A stretch of DNA of 64,000 nt from Chthoniobacterales bacterium (lineage in GTDB: Bacteria; Verrucomicrobiota; Verrucomicrobiia; Chthoniobacterales; JAATET01): assembly GCA_041748215.1 (NCBI GenBank), contig JBGTDR010000050.1, positions 7,113 to 71,112 on the forward strand, given 5' to 3'. Position 1 is the first letter of the stretch. Each line of letters begins with the position of its first letter. A program made the position numbers and the translations under genes. Shown in pieces: positions 1 through 8,853 of the stretch. The notes under the pieces are model-generated. The model worked only from the letters and a program-made list of their open reading frames with translations, had not been told where the DNA came from and searched no databases.

Positions 1-2
1 TG

Positions 3-1244
3 CGTAACCGGATCATTGCTCTGTTCTGCCTGGCCGTTTTCGTTGCCGGGGGAGCGTTGTATTACACGAACTGGGTCGTGCAGCGGCCGTTCGCGATCAT
101 CCTGTTTGTCGGCGATGGACTGACGACCGGCATGCTGACACCCGCCCGGTTGTACGCTGGCGGAGCGGAAAATCGGCTCACAATTGAGCGCCTGCCGCAC
201 CTCGCCCTGTTGACGACGTACGCAAATGATTTCGCCGTGCCGGATGCGGCGTCGGCGGCCAGTGCCCTCGCCACCGGCCGGAAAGTGAACAACGGACGGC
301 TGGCCCTCGACGCGGCCGGACAGCCGCTGACCAATCTTTTTGAACTCGCGCAGCAGAGCGGACGCTCCACTGGCCTGGTGTCGAATGCCTCGCTCACCGA
401 CACGACCGTCGGAGCCTTTTACGCGCGGTCCAGCGATCCGCTCGATCATGCCGGAATTGCCCTGAGTTTGCTCACTGCGAATCTGGACGTGATGCTCGGG
501 GGCGGCGAGGCCGATCTCCTGCCGGAGTCGAAGGATGGTGGTAGCCGCCAGGACGGGCGGGACCTCATGCTCGAAATGCGCAAACAGGGCTACGATCTTG
601 CGCGCACCCGTACGGAACTCGACAGCACGCCGCTCTGGCGCGCGCCGCGCTTGCTCGGCGTTTTCGCGAGCGGCAATCTCGATTTCGCCGACCAGGCCAG
701 CTCGTCGGGCGTTCAACCAACACTTTCCGAACTCGTCCGGCAGGCCATTCTCCTTCTCCAGTACAACCCGAAAGGTTATGTGCTGGTCGTCGATGCCGGG
801 CTCATCGCCAAAGCTTCGCACAACAACGAAGGCGAACGGGCTCTTCGTGAAGTGATCGAACTGGACCGCGCCGTCGCTACCGCGATCCAATACGCTGGTC
901 CGAAAGCTCTGATCATTGTCACCGGCAAACAATCGGTCGGCGGTCTTCGCATGAACGGCCACCCGTTCAAGAATGATCGCGGGGTTTCGCTGATCGGCAT
1001 GAATCCGCAAGGCATCCCGTCGATCACGTGGGCGACCGGCCCGGGAGGAACGTCGGTCACGCCGGCGGCGGTTGACGGCATGCCGGACCCGCTGCCCGTG
1101 ACGGAACCCGCTGCGTTTGCTGCACCGGCGGCGGTGGGAGTAGCGGACGACGTCATCGCGGTCAGCACGGGGCCGGGCTCGGAGGAATTGCAGGGATTCA
1201 AGGACAACACGGATGTGTTCAAAGTGATCCAAAAGAATCTCTGA
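3..1244 (+). CDS. Alkaline phosphatase-family protein, membrane-anchored, active site degenerate; 5' end runs off the window
   Basis: The frame stays open back to nt 3 and encodes a hydrophobic N-terminal helix (RNRIIALFCLAVFVAGGALYY). The sequence aligns colinearly with E. coli PhoA blocks (GDG..., VPDAASAASALATG vs VTDSAASATAWSTG, TDTTVGA vs QDATPAA). The listed TTG at 57 is probably not the true start. Confidence 0.75.
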   Translation, partial: RNRIIALFCLAVFVAGGALYYTNWVVQRPFAIILFVGDGLTTGMLTPARLYAGGAENRLTIERLPHLALLTTYANDFAVPDAASAASALATGRKVNNGRLALDAAGQPLTNLFELAQQSGRSTGLVSNASLTDTTVGAFYARSSDPLDHAGIALSLLTANLDVMLGGGEADLLPESKDGGSRQDGRDLMLEMRKQGYDLARTRTELDSTPLWRAPRLLGVFASGNLDFADQASSSGVQPTLSELVRQAILLLQYNPKGYVLVVDAGLIAKASHNNEGERALREVIELDRAVATAIQYAGPKALIIVTGKQSVGGLRMNGHPFKNDRGVSLIGMNPQGIPSITWATGPGGTSVTPAAVDGMPDPLPVTEPAAFAAPAAVGVADDVIAVSTGPGSEELQGFKDNTDVFKVIQKNL

Positions 1245-1272
1245 GCGAGCTGGTCCGGCCTGGCCGGGGAGT

Positions 1273-2631
1273 GTGTCGGCGGAATCTGCGGCGCGCGGAA
1301 TCGGGTTGTCACTTGTTGATCGACCGGTTTCGCGCCACGGTGCGGGCATCGTGAACGACACGGGGGCGGAGACATTCTGGCGTCAGCGGGCGAAGGCTGT
1401 CGTCTTGCGAAATAATGCGGGCTGGTGGCTGGCATCATTTCTCCCTGCGCTCGTACTGGTATCCGTCATCTTCGCGTGTGCGCTGCTGATTTTTCGTCAG
1501 ATCGAAATGGTCCCGGCGGGTTTCTGGCCGGGTTTTGCGGCGGGTGTCATCCTGGCGGCGGTTTTTGCCTGGGCGCGGGCGAAGAACCAATTTTTCACAT
1601 TGCGCGACGGATTCACGCGATTGGATATCAGTCTCGGATTGCACAATCGGCTGACCGCGGCGGCGGCGGGAATCGGAGAATTTCCGGAAAAACGAGAGGG
1701 AGGTGACGGACTGTCGTGGCGGTGTACTCGCGCAATCCTGCCAATCGCCGGATGCGTTGCGTTGATCACGGCGGCCGCGTGGATCCCAGTCTCGGAGCGA
1801 ACGGTTTCAGCGGCTCCCACGGCGATGCCCGCGGCCTGGGCACAAACGGAGGAGTGGCTGGAAACTCTCGAGGAGAGCGCGTTGGCCGACCCTGAAACCG
1901 TCGAGGAATTGCGGGAAAAATTGGAAGCCCTCACCGAACAACCTGCGGAATCGTGGTACAGCCACAGCAGTCTGGAAGCCGGCGATAATCTCCGCGACCA
2001 AACGGAGGCCGGCATTGAGGCGATGCAGCGAAATCTCGAGACGATATCCACGGCGCTCGAGGCCATGCAGCAAATTGGCGAAGGCGCGACTCCCGGTGAT
2101 CTGGAAGTCATGCAGGCGGCTTTGGACCGTGGCATCGAGGGCCTTGAATCCGGTGCGCTCGGAGCAGACCGGGATTTGCTGGCCAATTTGAAAGGCATTG
2201 ATCCATCGACGATGCGTTCGTTGACGCCCGGGCAACTCCGGGCCATGCGTGAGCGAATGGAGCAGGGGATGCAGACGCTTTCCGAAGGTCCGGATCTTGC
2301 CGGAACAGACGCGTCGCCGGAAGGGGAATCATCCGGGAGTTCCGGTGGGCAGGTCGATCGCGGACCGGGCACCAGCCCGCTCACGTTAAGCGCGTCCGAA
2401 ACCGATCTGAATTCTGAAACGACCGAAGCCGTTCGCAGCAATAGCCTTGATCGGGCATTGCCGGGTGAAGTTGTGGGCACGGTCCAATCAGATCACGATG
2501 TCGATTCGGTCGAGTTCAACCCGGGGCTGTCCGGTGGATCGGCCCAAGCCGCGGGGACCGGCGGAGACACGGTCTGGCGAAATGATTTCACCCCGGAGGA
2601 GCAAGGCATCTTGAAACGGTTTTTCAAGTAA
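1273..2631 (+). CDS. Hypothetical membrane-anchored acidic protein with low-complexity/coiled-coil region
   Basis: 452-aa ORF with a GTG start. It has 3-4 hydrophobic helices in the first ~190 aa, then a long E/D/Q/L-rich region and a G/S-rich tail. It starts 28 nt after the upstream gene. The start codon is uncertain. Confidence 0.6.
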   Translation: MSAESAARGIGLSLVDRPVSRHGAGIVNDTGAETFWRQRAKAVVLRNNAGWWLASFLPALVLVSVIFACALLIFRQIEMVPAGFWPGFAAGVILAAVFAWARAKNQFFTLRDGFTRLDISLGLHNRLTAAAAGIGEFPEKREGGDGLSWRCTRAILPIAGCVALITAAAWIPVSERTVSAAPTAMPAAWAQTEEWLETLEESALADPETVEELREKLEALTEQPAESWYSHSSLEAGDNLRDQTEAGIEAMQRNLETISTALEAMQQIGEGATPGDLEVMQAALDRGIEGLESGALGADRDLLANLKGIDPSTMRSLTPGQLRAMRERMEQGMQTLSEGPDLAGTDASPEGESSGSSGGQVDRGPGTSPLTLSASETDLNSETTEAVRSNSLDRALPGEVVGTVQSDHDVDSVEFNPGLSGGSAQAAGTGGDTVWRNDFTPEEQGILKRFFK

Positions 2632-2673
2632 GCCGCTCGCGTGATAAACCAACGTCCGCTCCATTCCTGACGC

Positions 2674-3690
2674 ATGATCGATCACGCCACCGAAACCGAC
2701 GTTGCCGACGCCAGCGTCAAGCTGAACAAACTTCGGACAACGCTCAATACCGTCCTCTTCGGACAGGAAACACTCATCGATCAGGTCATCATTGGTTTGC
2801 TCGCGCGTGGCCATTTGCTGCTCGAAGGGCTTCCCGGCCTTGGCAAGACCGAGCTCGTCAAGGGTCTGGCGCGGGCATTGCACCTCGAGAGCAAGCGCGT
2901 GCAGTTCACTCCCGACCTGCTGCCGGGCGACATCACCGGCAACCCGATGTTGCAGGAGATCGAGGGCCGGAGGCAGTTCGTGTTTCAACCCGGTCCGCTT
3001 TTCGCAAATCTTGTCCTGGCCGATGAAATCAATCGCGCGTCGCCCAAAACGCAGTCGGCCCTGCTCGAAGCCATGCAGGAACGGCGGGTGACGGTGATGG
3101 GGGAGGCGCATCCGCTGCCCGATCCGTTTTTTGTGCTGGCGACGCAGAATCCCATCGAACTCGAGGGCACCTATCCGTTGCCCGAAGCCCAGCTCGACCG
3201 CTTTTTATTCAAACTTTCCGTGCGCCGGAACGATGTCGCCGTGTTGGAAAAGATCGTGATGAATCGCGAGATCGGCGTGGAGCCGGTGGTAAATCCAGTG
3301 CTTGATCGCGAGGAATTTCTTGCCATTGCCTCGCTCACCCTCCGGATCTTTTTGCCCGGAGTCGTTGCCAATTACATTGCACGACTGGTTGATGGCACGC
3401 ATCCCGGAGCCAGCGCGGCGGCCGGCGGCATCAAGTTTGGAGCCAGTCCGCGCGCGGCTCTCGGCATGGCGGCGGCTGCCCGCGCCCGAGCATTGCTCGA
3501 TGGACGCCTGAACGCGAGTTTCGAAGACGTTCAAGCCATCGCTGTGCCGGTTCTTCAGCACCGAATCGTGCTCGATTACACGGCCCGGATCGACGGGCGC
3601 AGCGCGGAGGATGTGGTCCGGGCGATTCTCGCAGAAGTACCCGCGCAGGACCGGCCCATTCCTCCCACACTGCAGGCAGCCAAGGCATGA
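2674..3690 (+). CDS. moxR: MoxR-family AAA+ ATPase (AAA_3)
   Basis: ATG start. Walker A is GLPGLGKT and Walker B is LLADEINRA. Length (338 aa) and C-terminal lid region are typical of MoxR. Confidence 0.9.
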   Translation: MIDHATETDVADASVKLNKLRTTLNTVLFGQETLIDQVIIGLLARGHLLLEGLPGLGKTELVKGLARALHLESKRVQFTPDLLPGDITGNPMLQEIEGRRQFVFQPGPLFANLVLADEINRASPKTQSALLEAMQERRVTVMGEAHPLPDPFFVLATQNPIELEGTYPLPEAQLDRFLFKLSVRRNDVAVLEKIVMNREIGVEPVVNPVLDREEFLAIASLTLRIFLPGVVANYIARLVDGTHPGASAAAGGIKFGASPRAALGMAAAARARALLDGRLNASFEDVQAIAVPVLQHRIVLDYTARIDGRSAEDVVRAILAEVPAQDRPIPPTLQAAKA

Positions 3691-5447
3691 GATCACCTGC
3701 CGTGGCGGCCGTGCACCTGATCCCGAAAAAAGCGCCCCTCGGTGGCCTGCTCACAGCGTTTTTGCTGGCGGCCTGTTCCCTGGCGGCGGCGGCCTGGGAA
3801 TCGCGCCTCGACACGATTCCGGGAGCCGGCGTGGACGTCACGCTGACCTCTCCGTTCGACCAGTTTCCGCGATCCGGTTACGCCCCAGTGATCGTGACGA
3901 TCGCGAACGAATCCGGATCAACCCGCCGGTGGTCAATTCGATTGACCGCGACCCTCCAGCGGACGGTTGTCCAGAGTTCGTCGGGGACCAGCGGCGTGAT
4001 TGAAGTGCCCGACGGGGCAACGCGAACGCTGCGTTTATTGATACCTCTGCTTCCGATGTATCAGTCGAATTTCACGAGCCGGTCGTTGCGGGCCGAGGTG
4101 ACGGGATTTGGCATCGAGCGTCCGAGGACCAATCTTCCGGGCGACGTGGGCGGTGGTGGTGCTCAGGCCTGGACGTTTGTCGGTATGAGCGCCGAGCTTG
4201 GCAACCCGATCTGGCAGAATTTGCGCGCCGCCCTCAGCAAACGATCGAACGATTTTGCCGGGACCATCGTGGACTTTGCGACCCTCGGCGACGACTGGCG
4301 CGAGTTGAGTGGATTCGATGTGATTTGGATTTCCGCCGCAGAGTACGCGGCGCTGTTGCCCGGCCCGCGTCAGGCTCTGCTCGACTGGCTGGCCCGCGGC
4401 GGGTCGCTCTTTTATTGCATACCGGAGGCCGATTCTCCGCTGCCTGCCGAGCTTACCGGCGATGGTCCGCTTCTAGGGAAAGTGGAGCGTCGCATTCTGA
4501 TCGACGGACAACTGCCTCTCGAGGCCACGGCGGACCGGATGAAGGATCTGGAAGAATCTCAACAGACGCGGCTTTCGACGGGATACGCGCAACTCTGGTC
4601 ACTGGCAGCAAGTCTGGGTGTGGTCGATTTCGACGGGCCGCTCCTGGCAATATTTATCGCGTTGTTTGCCGTCGTGGTCGGGCCACTGAATATCTACTGG
4701 TTCGCCGGATCGGGCCGACGGCACCGGCTCTTTTGGACGACCCCACTTATTTCGATTGGTGCCAGCCTGCTGCTCGGCGGATTGATCGCGCTGCAAGACG
4801 GTCTGGGTGGGAGCGGGGAGCGTGTGATGCTTACTGTGCTCCAACCCGAACGAAAGCGCGCCGTCGTAATGCAGGAGCAGGTTGCTCGGACCGGCGTTCT
4901 TGCCTCACGAAATTTTTCGACGTCAGAGTCCGTGTTGATGTCTCCGGTCACGGTCGATCCCGGCCGGGACGAAGTCACCAGCCGATCGTTTCTTCAGGCG
5001 GGCTCGCAGTTCAGTGGCGACTGGTTTCTCAGCCGTGCATTGCAGGGCCAGTTTCTCGAAAGCATCGTGCCAACGCGCGGAGAAATCCGGGTGCTCAACG
5101 GGAGTGCGGGTTCACCGCCGGTCATTCTCTCCAGCCTGCCCATGGCGCTGCAGAATTTTCGCTTTCGCGACGCGGCGGGTCTCGAGTGGGTGAGTGCGAC
5201 GGTGCCGACTGGCGAGCAGGTGATTCTGGAACGTGCTACCGAGCCAAAGTCGGTTGCCGAGACGGTCGTCGCCGCAGGCGGGGCTGCAATGATCGCGAGA
5301 GCGTGGCAACAATCCTCCGATCGGCCCGGCTGGTTCCACGCCACGGTCCCGCAACCGACGTTCTTTGCGACGTTGCCGGCTATTCGCTGGCAACAAGGTG
5401 CCGGGCTGGTCGCCGGGCCCGTCACTCCGGAGGGCGGACAGCCATGA
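3687..5447 (+). CDS. Hypothetical multi-domain membrane protein
   Basis: 586-aa ORF whose ATG overlaps the moxR stop (ATGA). It has an N-terminal TM/signal segment and two central TM helices (LLAIFIALFAVVVGPLNIYWF, LISIGASLLLGGLIAL). I recognise no catalytic motif. Confidence 0.7.
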   Translation: MRSPAVAAVHLIPKKAPLGGLLTAFLLAACSLAAAAWESRLDTIPGAGVDVTLTSPFDQFPRSGYAPVIVTIANESGSTRRWSIRLTATLQRTVVQSSSGTSGVIEVPDGATRTLRLLIPLLPMYQSNFTSRSLRAEVTGFGIERPRTNLPGDVGGGGAQAWTFVGMSAELGNPIWQNLRAALSKRSNDFAGTIVDFATLGDDWRELSGFDVIWISAAEYAALLPGPRQALLDWLARGGSLFYCIPEADSPLPAELTGDGPLLGKVERRILIDGQLPLEATADRMKDLEESQQTRLSTGYAQLWSLAASLGVVDFDGPLLAIFIALFAVVVGPLNIYWFAGSGRRHRLFWTTPLISIGASLLLGGLIALQDGLGGSGERVMLTVLQPERKRAVVMQEQVARTGVLASRNFSTSESVLMSPVTVDPGRDEVTSRSFLQAGSQFSGDWFLSRALQGQFLESIVPTRGEIRVLNGSAGSPPVILSSLPMALQNFRFRDAAGLEWVSATVPTGEQVILERATEPKSVAETVVAAGGAAMIARAWQQSSDRPGWFHATVPQPTFFATLPAIRWQQGAGLVAGPVTPEGGQP

Positions 5448-6433
5448 CGCCAGTGCAGGAGGTTGAGATCAACGCGGCCGGAGCGGCATCCGGACCCACG
5501 CCCATCATTTCCGTGCGAAACCTTCACCGGGTTTTTCAGGACGTGCACGCCGTGCGTGGGCTGTCGTTCGACATCCTGCCCGGCCAGGTCGTTGGATTTA
5601 TCGGCGCAAACGGTGCGGGAAAAACCACAACGATGCGGATGATGGCAACGTTGGATTTGCCGACGTCGGGTACGATTACGGTGGCAGGATTTGATGTCGT
5701 AAACGATCCCGTTGCGGTCCGACGAAAGATCGGCTGGATGCCGGATTCCTACGGCGCTTACGAAAATGTGACCGTCGCCGAGTACCTCGATTTTTACGGA
5801 CGGGCGTTTGGATTTCCCCAGGCCGAGCGGCTGCGTCGCGTCAACGAAGTCATGGAATTTGCGGATCTCACGCCGATCGCGAGCCGCATGATGAACAAAC
5901 TCTCCAAGGGAATGGGACAGCGTTTGTGCCTTGGACGCACGCTGCTGCACGATCCGGAGGTGATGATTCTCGATGAGCCCGCCGCGGGTCTCGATCCAAA
6001 AGCGCGCATTGAATTCAAGCAGCTCATCCGTTTGCTGGCCGCAGACGGGAAGACGATTTTCATCAGTTCACACATCCTTTCCGAGCTTGGGGAGATGTGC
6101 GACACGATGCTTTTTATCGATGCCGGGCGCATCGTTCACCATGGCTCGTCGGAGAGTTTGCGCACGCAGGGTGGTGAACATGCCGTGATCGACGTCCAGA
6201 TCACTGGGGATCCTGGGAAATTGGTGGAATGGGTCTTGCTCAATCCCGGCGTTGACGTCGTCGAAGTCCTCAACCGCGGAGCCCGGCTGCGCTTCGAAAC
6301 AACTGACGCGGAGGTCCTGGCAACGCACCTTCGCCGGATGGTGATCGACGGCATCCCGGTCGTCGATTTCCACCGCGAGAGCCGCAAACTCGAAGATGCC
6401 TTCGTTGAAATGCTGGAAAGGGTGCAGGAATGA
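5444..6433 (+). CDS. ABC transporter ATP-binding protein (ABC-2/CcmA-like exporter type)
   Basis: The ATG at 5444 overlaps the upstream stop (ATGA). Walker A is GANGAGKTT, the signature is LSKGMGQRL and Walker B is VMILDEP. The ORF-track start at 4325 is an Arg-rich out-of-frame overlap with the upstream gene and was rejected. Confidence 0.9.
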   Translation: MTPVQEVEINAAGAASGPTPIISVRNLHRVFQDVHAVRGLSFDILPGQVVGFIGANGAGKTTTMRMMATLDLPTSGTITVAGFDVVNDPVAVRRKIGWMPDSYGAYENVTVAEYLDFYGRAFGFPQAERLRRVNEVMEFADLTPIASRMMNKLSKGMGQRLCLGRTLLHDPEVMILDEPAAGLDPKARIEFKQLIRLLAADGKTIFISSHILSELGEMCDTMLFIDAGRIVHHGSSESLRTQGGEHAVIDVQITGDPGKLVEWVLLNPGVDVVEVLNRGARLRFETTDAEVLATHLRRMVIDGIPVVDFHRESRKLEDAFVEMLERVQE

Positions 6434-7896
6434 TCGCAACTGAACCGCCGGTCCCCGTCAACAGCCCGCCCGCTCGGACCCGCGACAAGGTTGATTTTGC
6501 GGACTGGCTGAGCCCGATGCTCGTAAAGGAACTGCGGCAGGGCATGCGGACGCGCGTTTTCGTGCTCACGTTCATGCTGCTTCAGGCGCTCATGTTGCTG
6601 AACGTGGTGTTGAGTCTGGCCTCTGCATCCCGGAGCCTCGCGACCAGCGGAAACACGATCGTGTTCTGGCTGATGATTGCGGTTCCGGTTGTTCTCGTCC
6701 TGCCTTTGAGCGGCCTCTCCGCGGTCAGCAGTGAGATGAAATCGAACACGCTCGAACTCATTTTTCTTACCCGCCTCTCGGCTACGCGCATCCTGTTCGG
6801 CAAATGGTTCGCCATCGTGGCGCAGACGGCGCTCTTCATCCTGGCGGTGCTGCCGTACGTGGTGCTGAGGTACTTCATCGGCGGCGTGAACCTCGTCGAC
6901 GAGCTTCTGGGGCTCTTTTTCCTGCTCACGATTTCGGCTTTGTTCACGGCGGTAACCGTCGGCGTTTCGCCCTACCAGACGCGCCTCACGCGCGTGCTGA
7001 TCTGGGCTCTGATCATCTTCGGTCTCCAGGCGCTCGTGCCGATGATGTTGTTTTTTGCGATGGGCAGCGGAATCTCACGAGGTGGACCCGTGTTCGACTC
7101 GGCGAACTTGCTCGCGCTGCCGTTTCTCGGAGCGTCGTTGGTGATGCTGATGCTGCAAATTGGCGCGGCCCGCATCGCACCCGCGGCGGCCAACCACACC
7201 GCGACCAAACGCATTATCGCGGTCGGCCAGCTTGCCGTCGCGATTGGGTTCGCTCTTTTTGCGAGCGACTCACGGGCAATCACAATCGCGGCATTTGTTC
7301 TGAGCGTGCCGGTTTTGGTCGGCTCCGTTTGCGAAACCCCGCGTTCGATCCCGAGCATTTACCGGCCATGGGTCCGGCGCGGATTTTTTGGCCGCCTGGT
7401 GGGCAGATTTCTTTACGCGGGCTGGCCATCCGGTGTGCCGTTCACGATTTTGCTGATGCTGGGATTTGGCTGGTTGATGGCGTGGCAGGGATTTTTTGCG
7501 GGCGAAAGGGAGGTGGCAATGTTTGGGGCGGTCTGCGGCGCGATCCTTTTTCCCGCGGCGGTCGTGCGATTGCTGCTGCCAAAAACGGAGCGGGCGCTCG
7601 GGATCTTTATCGGGATTCAGGCCCTGTGCGTGACCTTGGGAATCGTGTCGTTGATCGTGGAGGAAATTCTCGATTTCCCCTTCACCGATATCTTCGCGTT
7701 CCTGCCTGCCAGTGCATTCGTTTTTGCGGTTTCCCAAAATCTTTCCGGTGCTTCCTCCATGACCACGCTGGTCGGAGTGATTGTGACGACGGCCGCGAGC
7801 GTTGTCGTGCTGCTCGTTGCACTTCCCCGGGCCTGGCGAACAATTTTGACGCTCGAAAAACAATCCACGGGAACTGGCAGTGACACCGTGGCCTGA
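6430..7896 (+). CDS. ABC-2-type transporter permease, double length (~12 TM)
   Basis: The ATG overlaps the ATPase stop (ATGA). The N-terminus has the LVKELRQGMRTR motif typical of ABC-2 permeases. The protein is hydrophobic throughout (488 aa). Confidence 0.75.
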   Translation: MIATEPPVPVNSPPARTRDKVDFADWLSPMLVKELRQGMRTRVFVLTFMLLQALMLLNVVLSLASASRSLATSGNTIVFWLMIAVPVVLVLPLSGLSAVSSEMKSNTLELIFLTRLSATRILFGKWFAIVAQTALFILAVLPYVVLRYFIGGVNLVDELLGLFFLLTISALFTAVTVGVSPYQTRLTRVLIWALIIFGLQALVPMMLFFAMGSGISRGGPVFDSANLLALPFLGASLVMLMLQIGAARIAPAAANHTATKRIIAVGQLAVAIGFALFASDSRAITIAAFVLSVPVLVGSVCETPRSIPSIYRPWVRRGFFGRLVGRFLYAGWPSGVPFTILLMLGFGWLMAWQGFFAGEREVAMFGAVCGAILFPAAVVRLLLPKTERALGIFIGIQALCVTLGIVSLIVEEILDFPFTDIFAFLPASAFVFAVSQNLSGASSMTTLVGVIVTTAASVVVLLVALPRAWRTILTLEKQSTGTGSDTVA

Positions 7897-8770
7897 CGCG
7901 GACGAACTTCGGCAGGTTCACGCTCGGGCGCGAGTGATGGTGGGAAGTCTGCGGCTGCCATTGCGTGGGCGGGCCTGGCGCGGAGAATCCGGCAACTGGC
8001 AGGGAGCGGGCATTGGCAACTCCATCGATTTTCAGGATCATCGCCCCTACCTGCCCGGCGACGATCCTCGCTACATCGATTGGCAGGCGTATGCCCGAAC
8101 CGGCCATTACACGATGAAACTTTACCGCGAGGAAGTCAGCCCGCGGGTGGATTTGGTTGTGGACGTCTCCGAGTCGATGCTCTTCGACAAAACAAAACGC
8201 CACCGCGCGCTCGAGCTGTTGTACTTCGCCGTCGAGAGCACGTTGCAAAGTGGCAGTTCTTTGCGATGCGCGGCAGCGCGAGGATCGGACGCGCGTCCGT
8301 GGTCCGTTGAGTCCCTTCTCGGATACCGTCCGCCGCCTGTGGATTGGGACGATGATTCTATTGATTCCACAATCCCGGCGGTGGAACGGGTGGCTTTTCG
8401 CCAGGGATCTCTGCGCGTGTTGGTGTCGGACCTTCTTTATCCGGGGTCACCGGAATCCCTGCTCGCTGCTTTGGCAGTGGGCAAGGGCCGGGGCCTTTTG
8501 CTGGTGCCATTTGCACCAATCGAGGTCGATCCAGATTGGAATGGAAACGTAGAATTCACCGAATGTGAATCCGGCGCACGCCGGGTTCAACACGTGAGCC
8601 CGGACGTATTGACGCGGTATGCGGCGGCTTACGCACGACACTTCGCATTGTGGACGGAAACGGCCCGTCGACACGGCGCCCAACTCGCGCGATTCGATGC
8701 CGGACTGGATTTCGCCAGCGCGGCACGCCTGGGCGCACTTCCCACGGGTGCGCTGGAATGGGTTCATTAG
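7880..8770 (+). CDS. DUF58 family protein (vWA-like, MoxR partner)
   Basis: Carries the hallmark IDFQDHRPYLPGDDPRYIDW motif and a DxSxS (DVSES) MIDAS-like motif at 8162-8176. The GTG start overlaps the permease end by 17 nt; the start is uncertain. Confidence 0.8.
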   Translation: MTPWPDADELRQVHARARVMVGSLRLPLRGRAWRGESGNWQGAGIGNSIDFQDHRPYLPGDDPRYIDWQAYARTGHYTMKLYREEVSPRVDLVVDVSESMLFDKTKRHRALELLYFAVESTLQSGSSLRCAAARGSDARPWSVESLLGYRPPPVDWDDDSIDSTIPAVERVAFRQGSLRVLVSDLLYPGSPESLLAALAVGKGRGLLLVPFAPIEVDPDWNGNVEFTECESGARRVQHVSPDVLTRYAAAYARHFALWTETARRHGAQLARFDAGLDFASAARLGALPTGALEWVH

Positions 8771-8853
8771 ACCCTGGCCAATTTCATCGGTCGGATCGCG
8801 CGGATGTAAAAACCGGGTCGCGTCGTCCGGCGATTTCTGCGCAAAATATCAGC

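Noticed and set aside
4325-5443. The 702-aa ORF-track entry 4325..6433 suggests a very long N-terminal extension of the ABC ATPase.
   Set aside because: The first ~373 aa are Arg/Gly/Ala-rich low-information sequence. They lie entirely out of frame within the well-formed 3687..5447 gene. The ATG at 5444 forms an ATGA overlap with that gene's stop and gives a normal-length ATPase.
8650-8853. The ORF-track start at 8650 would give a 68-aa N-terminal extension of the secreted protein.
   Set aside because: The extension overlaps the DUF58 gene end and is Arg/Gly-rich. The ATG at 8854 yields a canonical signal peptide.
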